DNA from: Promethearchaeota archaeon
Lineage (GTDB): Archaea; Asgardarchaeota; Thorarchaeia; Thorarchaeales; Thorarchaeaceae
NCBI GenBank assembly: GCA_027031765.1
Contig: JALVPN010000199.1
Location: forward strand, 1-6,417
Length of the DNA: 6,417 nt
Reading direction: 5' to 3'
The notes under the pieces are model-generated. The model did not search any database and was not told where the DNA came from. It saw nothing but the letters and a program-made list of their open reading frames with translations. The position numbers and the translations under genes were made by a program. Below are positions 4,359 to 6,417 of this stretch, piece by piece. The first letter of the stretch is position 1, and the number at the start of each line of letters is the position of its first letter.

Positions 4359-5411
4359 TCACGCCTCGCCCACTGCCTGGGCATACTCCATCTGCGCGCT
4401 CCTGCCAAAGTCGAGTTCTCCTGCGTAGTGGCACGCCACCAGGTGTCCGTCACCGACATCCTTGAGCTGTGGCTCCTCGGTCCTGCACCTCTCGTCTGCG
4501 AATACGCAACGTGGGTGGAACCGGCAGCCAGAGGGCGGGTTGATTGGACTCGGGACCTCACCCTTGAGTATCTGCGCACGGCCTGCGAACCGCGGGTCAG
4601 GCACGGGCACGGCAGAGACGAGCGCGAAGGTGTAGGGGTGGAGTGTGGTCCTGAAGATGTCATGAGGTGTCAGCTCGACGATCTTACCGAGGTACATGAC
4701 CGCCACCCTGTCGCTCATGTGCTTGACGACGCTCAGGTTGTGGGAGATGAACATGTACGTGAGGTGGAACTCGTCCTGCAGGTCCTTCATGAGGTTGAGG
4801 GTCTGGGCCTGCACTGACACGTCAGTACTTGATGTCGGCTCGTCCATCACGATGAACCTTGGTCTGAGGGCAAGGGCCCGGGCAATGCAGATGCGCTGCC
4901 TCTGACCGCCACTGAACTCGTGTGGGAACCTGTTCAGGTGGTCCTCGTTCAGCCCCACCTTCTGCAGCAGGTCGAGCACCATAGCACGCATCTTTGGGCC
5001 GCGGGCTATGCCGTGGACAACGAGTGGCTCGCCGACCGACTTCTTGATGGTCACACGCGGGTCGAGAGAGGCCATCGGGTCCTGGAACACAATCCCCATC
5101 TGACGGCGGATGGGCTGCAACTCTTTCCGGGACAGGTAGGTGATGTCACGGCCGTCGAAGAATATCTGTCCGGAGGTGGGGTCCAGGAGCCGCAGGATGG
5201 TCCGACCAAGGGTGGTCTTTCCACAACCGGACTCGCCCACCACGCCGAGGGTCTCGCCCCGCTTGATCTCCAGGCTCACGCCGTCAACAGCGTGGACCCG
5301 TCCAATGACCTTCCTGAACACACCACCCGTCAGTGGGAAGTGCTTCTTGAGGTCAACGGTCTTCACAAGGACATCAGGGTCCATCTCTACTTCAGTGGGA
5401 GTGTCGGACAT
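4359..5411 (-). CDS. oppF: Oligopeptide/dipeptide ABC transporter ATP-binding protein, OppF/DppF-like, 350 aa
   Basis: AVDGVS, Walker [11 protein letters not shown]-loop IVFQDP, signature FSGGQRQR, Walker B FIVMDE, H-loop ISHNL, HPYT and C-terminal C-x5-C-x6-C-x17-C ([10 protein letters not shown]). The N-terminal LKKHFP..GG.F...VHAVDG is F-type. oppF versus dppF/appF and the substrate cannot be resolved. Confidence 0.96.
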   Translation of the reverse strand: MSDTPTEVEMDPDVLVKTVDLKKHFPLTGGVFRKVIGRVHAVDGVSLEIKRGETLGVVGESGCGKTTLGRTILRLLDPTSGQIFFDGRDITYLSRKELQPIRRQMGIVFQDPMASLDPRVTIKKSVGEPLVVHGIARGPKMRAMVLDLLQKVGLNEDHLNRFPHEFSGGQRQRICIARALALRPRFIVMDEPTSSTDVSVQAQTLNLMKDLQDEFHLTYMFISHNLSVVKHMSDRVAVMYLGKIVELTPHDIFRTTLHPYTFALVSAVPVPDPRFAGRAQILKGEVPSPINPPSGCRFHPRCVFADERCRTEEPQLKDVGDGHLVACHYAGELDFGRSAQMEYAQAVGEA

Positions 5412-5412
5412 C

Positions 5413-6417
5413 TCAGTTACCCTCCTTCAGGCTGCCCTGCGGGTGGTGACATGCCACCCAGTGCCCTGGCAGCAGCTCCTCAAGGTCTGGCCTCACCGTC
5501 TTGCAGATGTCGGTCGCAAAGTCGCAACGCGGGTGGAACCTGCACCCAGAGGGCGGGTGTATCAGGTTCGGTACGGAGCCACGGATCTGGTCGAGGCGCT
5601 CCTTGTTCTCGTGCAGCTTTGGTATCGACCTGAGTAGACCCAGTGTGTACGGGTGTATCGGGTCTGAGAACAGGTCCTCCGTGCTGCACGACTCCACTGT
5701 GGTGCCGGCGTACATCACATTGACCCAGTTGCAGGTCTCGGCTACGACGCCAAGGTCGTGCGTGATTATCATTATCGAGGCGCCAATCTCCTTCTTGAGG
5801 TCGTTCAGGAGGTTGAGCACCTGTGCCTGCACAGTCACGTCCAGGGCCGTGGTCGCCTCGTCGCATATGAGGATGCTCGGGTTGCAAGCGAGGGCCATGG
5901 CAATCAGCGCACGCTGGCGCATCCCGCCTGAGAGCTCGTGTGGGTACTGCATCACCACACGCTCGGGTGACGGCATCTTCACCATCGCGAGCATCTCGAC
6001 GGCCCTGCGCAGTGCCACGGCCTTCTTGCGCATGCGGTCAGGCTTTGGCGGGTTGCTGCGCAGCCCCTTGAGGTAGGCAACCTTCTTCTGCAGCCGCTCG
6101 TACTCCTCAGTCCCCGGCTCCATTTCCGCAAGCTCCTGTTCAGCCTGATCAATCCTCAGCTCAAGGGCCTCTGCTGACAGGTCCTGATGGAGCATTATCA
6201 CCTCGGCAATCTGTTCACCGATGCGCCATGTCGGGTTCGGGAAGGTCGCCGGGTCCTGGAACACTATTGCAAGTTTGTGACCGCGTATCTTGAGCATCGC
6301 CTTCTCTGACAGTTTGAGGATGTCAATCATACGGGTCTTACCGGTCTCCGGGTCCTTCTCAAAGAAGAGGATTTTCCCCTCCTCAATCTGACCTGGCGGT
6401 TCGACAAGCCGCAGCAC
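5413..6417 (-). CDS. oppD: Oligopeptide/dipeptide ABC transporter ATP-binding protein, OppD/DppD-like (5'-truncated by the window edge; Walker A lies outside)
   Basis: Begins in the post-Walker-A [13 protein letters not shown] segment, so the M in the ORF track is not the real start. Q-loop [18 protein letters not shown], Walker [31 protein letters not shown] and C-x5-C-x6-C-x17-C are present. Confidence 0.96.
   Translation of the reverse strand: MLRLVEPPGQIEEGKILFFEKDPETGKTRMIDILKLSEKAMLKIRGHKLAIVFQDPATFPNPTWRIGEQIAEVIMLHQDLSAEALELRIDQAEQELAEMEPGTEEYERLQKKVAYLKGLRSNPPKPDRMRKKAVALRRAVEMLAMVKMPSPERVVMQYPHELSGGMRQRALIAMALACNPSILICDEATTALDVTVQAQVLNLLNDLKKEIGASIMIITHDLGVVAETCNWVNVMYAGTTVESCSTEDLFSDPIHPYTLGLLRSIPKLHENKERLDQIRGSVPNLIHPPSGCRFHPRCDFATDICKTVRPDLEELLPGHWVACHHPQGSLKEGN
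5419..5427 (-). promoter_or_regulatory. Shine-Dalgarno site for the oppF-like gene, inside the last codons of the oppD-like gene
   Basis: The - strand reads AAGGAGGGT-AAC-TGA-G-ATG: GGAGG 9 nt before ATG 5411, and 1 nt between the upstream TGA and the ATG (operon-style coupling). Confidence 0.75.

Noticed and set aside
4189-6076. Long + strand ORFs (4189..4428, 4332..4817, 4696..4905, 4920..5633, 5140..5637, 5501..6076) and alternate-frame - strand ORFs (4298..4663, 5480..5887)
   Set aside because: Shadow ORFs of the strongly supported oppD/oppF genes, as expected in GC-rich coding DNA.
1-6417. Mobile element, prophage, defence system, tRNA or rRNA
   Set aside because: No transposase, integrase, nuclease or phage motifs, no terminal inverted repeats with target duplication, and no tRNA T-loop or rRNA signatures were found on either strand.

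Overview
GC-rich window (roughly 60% by eye) that looks archaeal: a TTATAA box, GGTGAGG/AAGGAGG ribosome-binding sites, GTG/TTG starts, and no hairpin+poly-U terminators. The lineage cannot be fixed from sequence alone. Two convergent oligopeptide/dipeptide/nickel-family ABC transporter loci bracket a set of uncharacterised genes. On the left is the 3' end of an ABC ATPase (<1..164, +). On the right are an OppD/DppD-like ATPase (5413..>6417, -) and an OppF/DppF-like ATPase (4359..5411, -), followed by two small membrane-protein genes (4083..4298 and 3711..4082, -). Between the loci lie a probable tandem-GNAT acetyltransferase (845..~1756, -), a divergent soluble hypothetical protein (1808..2677, +) and a ~6-TM membrane protein with its own TATA box (~2769..3569, +). 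The least explained part is the ~680 bp gap at 165..844. It holds a 14-unit CTAT/CCAT microsatellite, dispersed CGCCCAC(AGA) repeats, an orphan TATA-like box next to a perfect 12-bp palindrome, and a run of hairpins. The OppD-like protein also carries an unusual ~49-aa coiled-coil-like insertion. I see no mobile element, CRISPR array, tRNA or rRNA. No complete novel system can be demonstrated from the sequence; the findings are leads to test.
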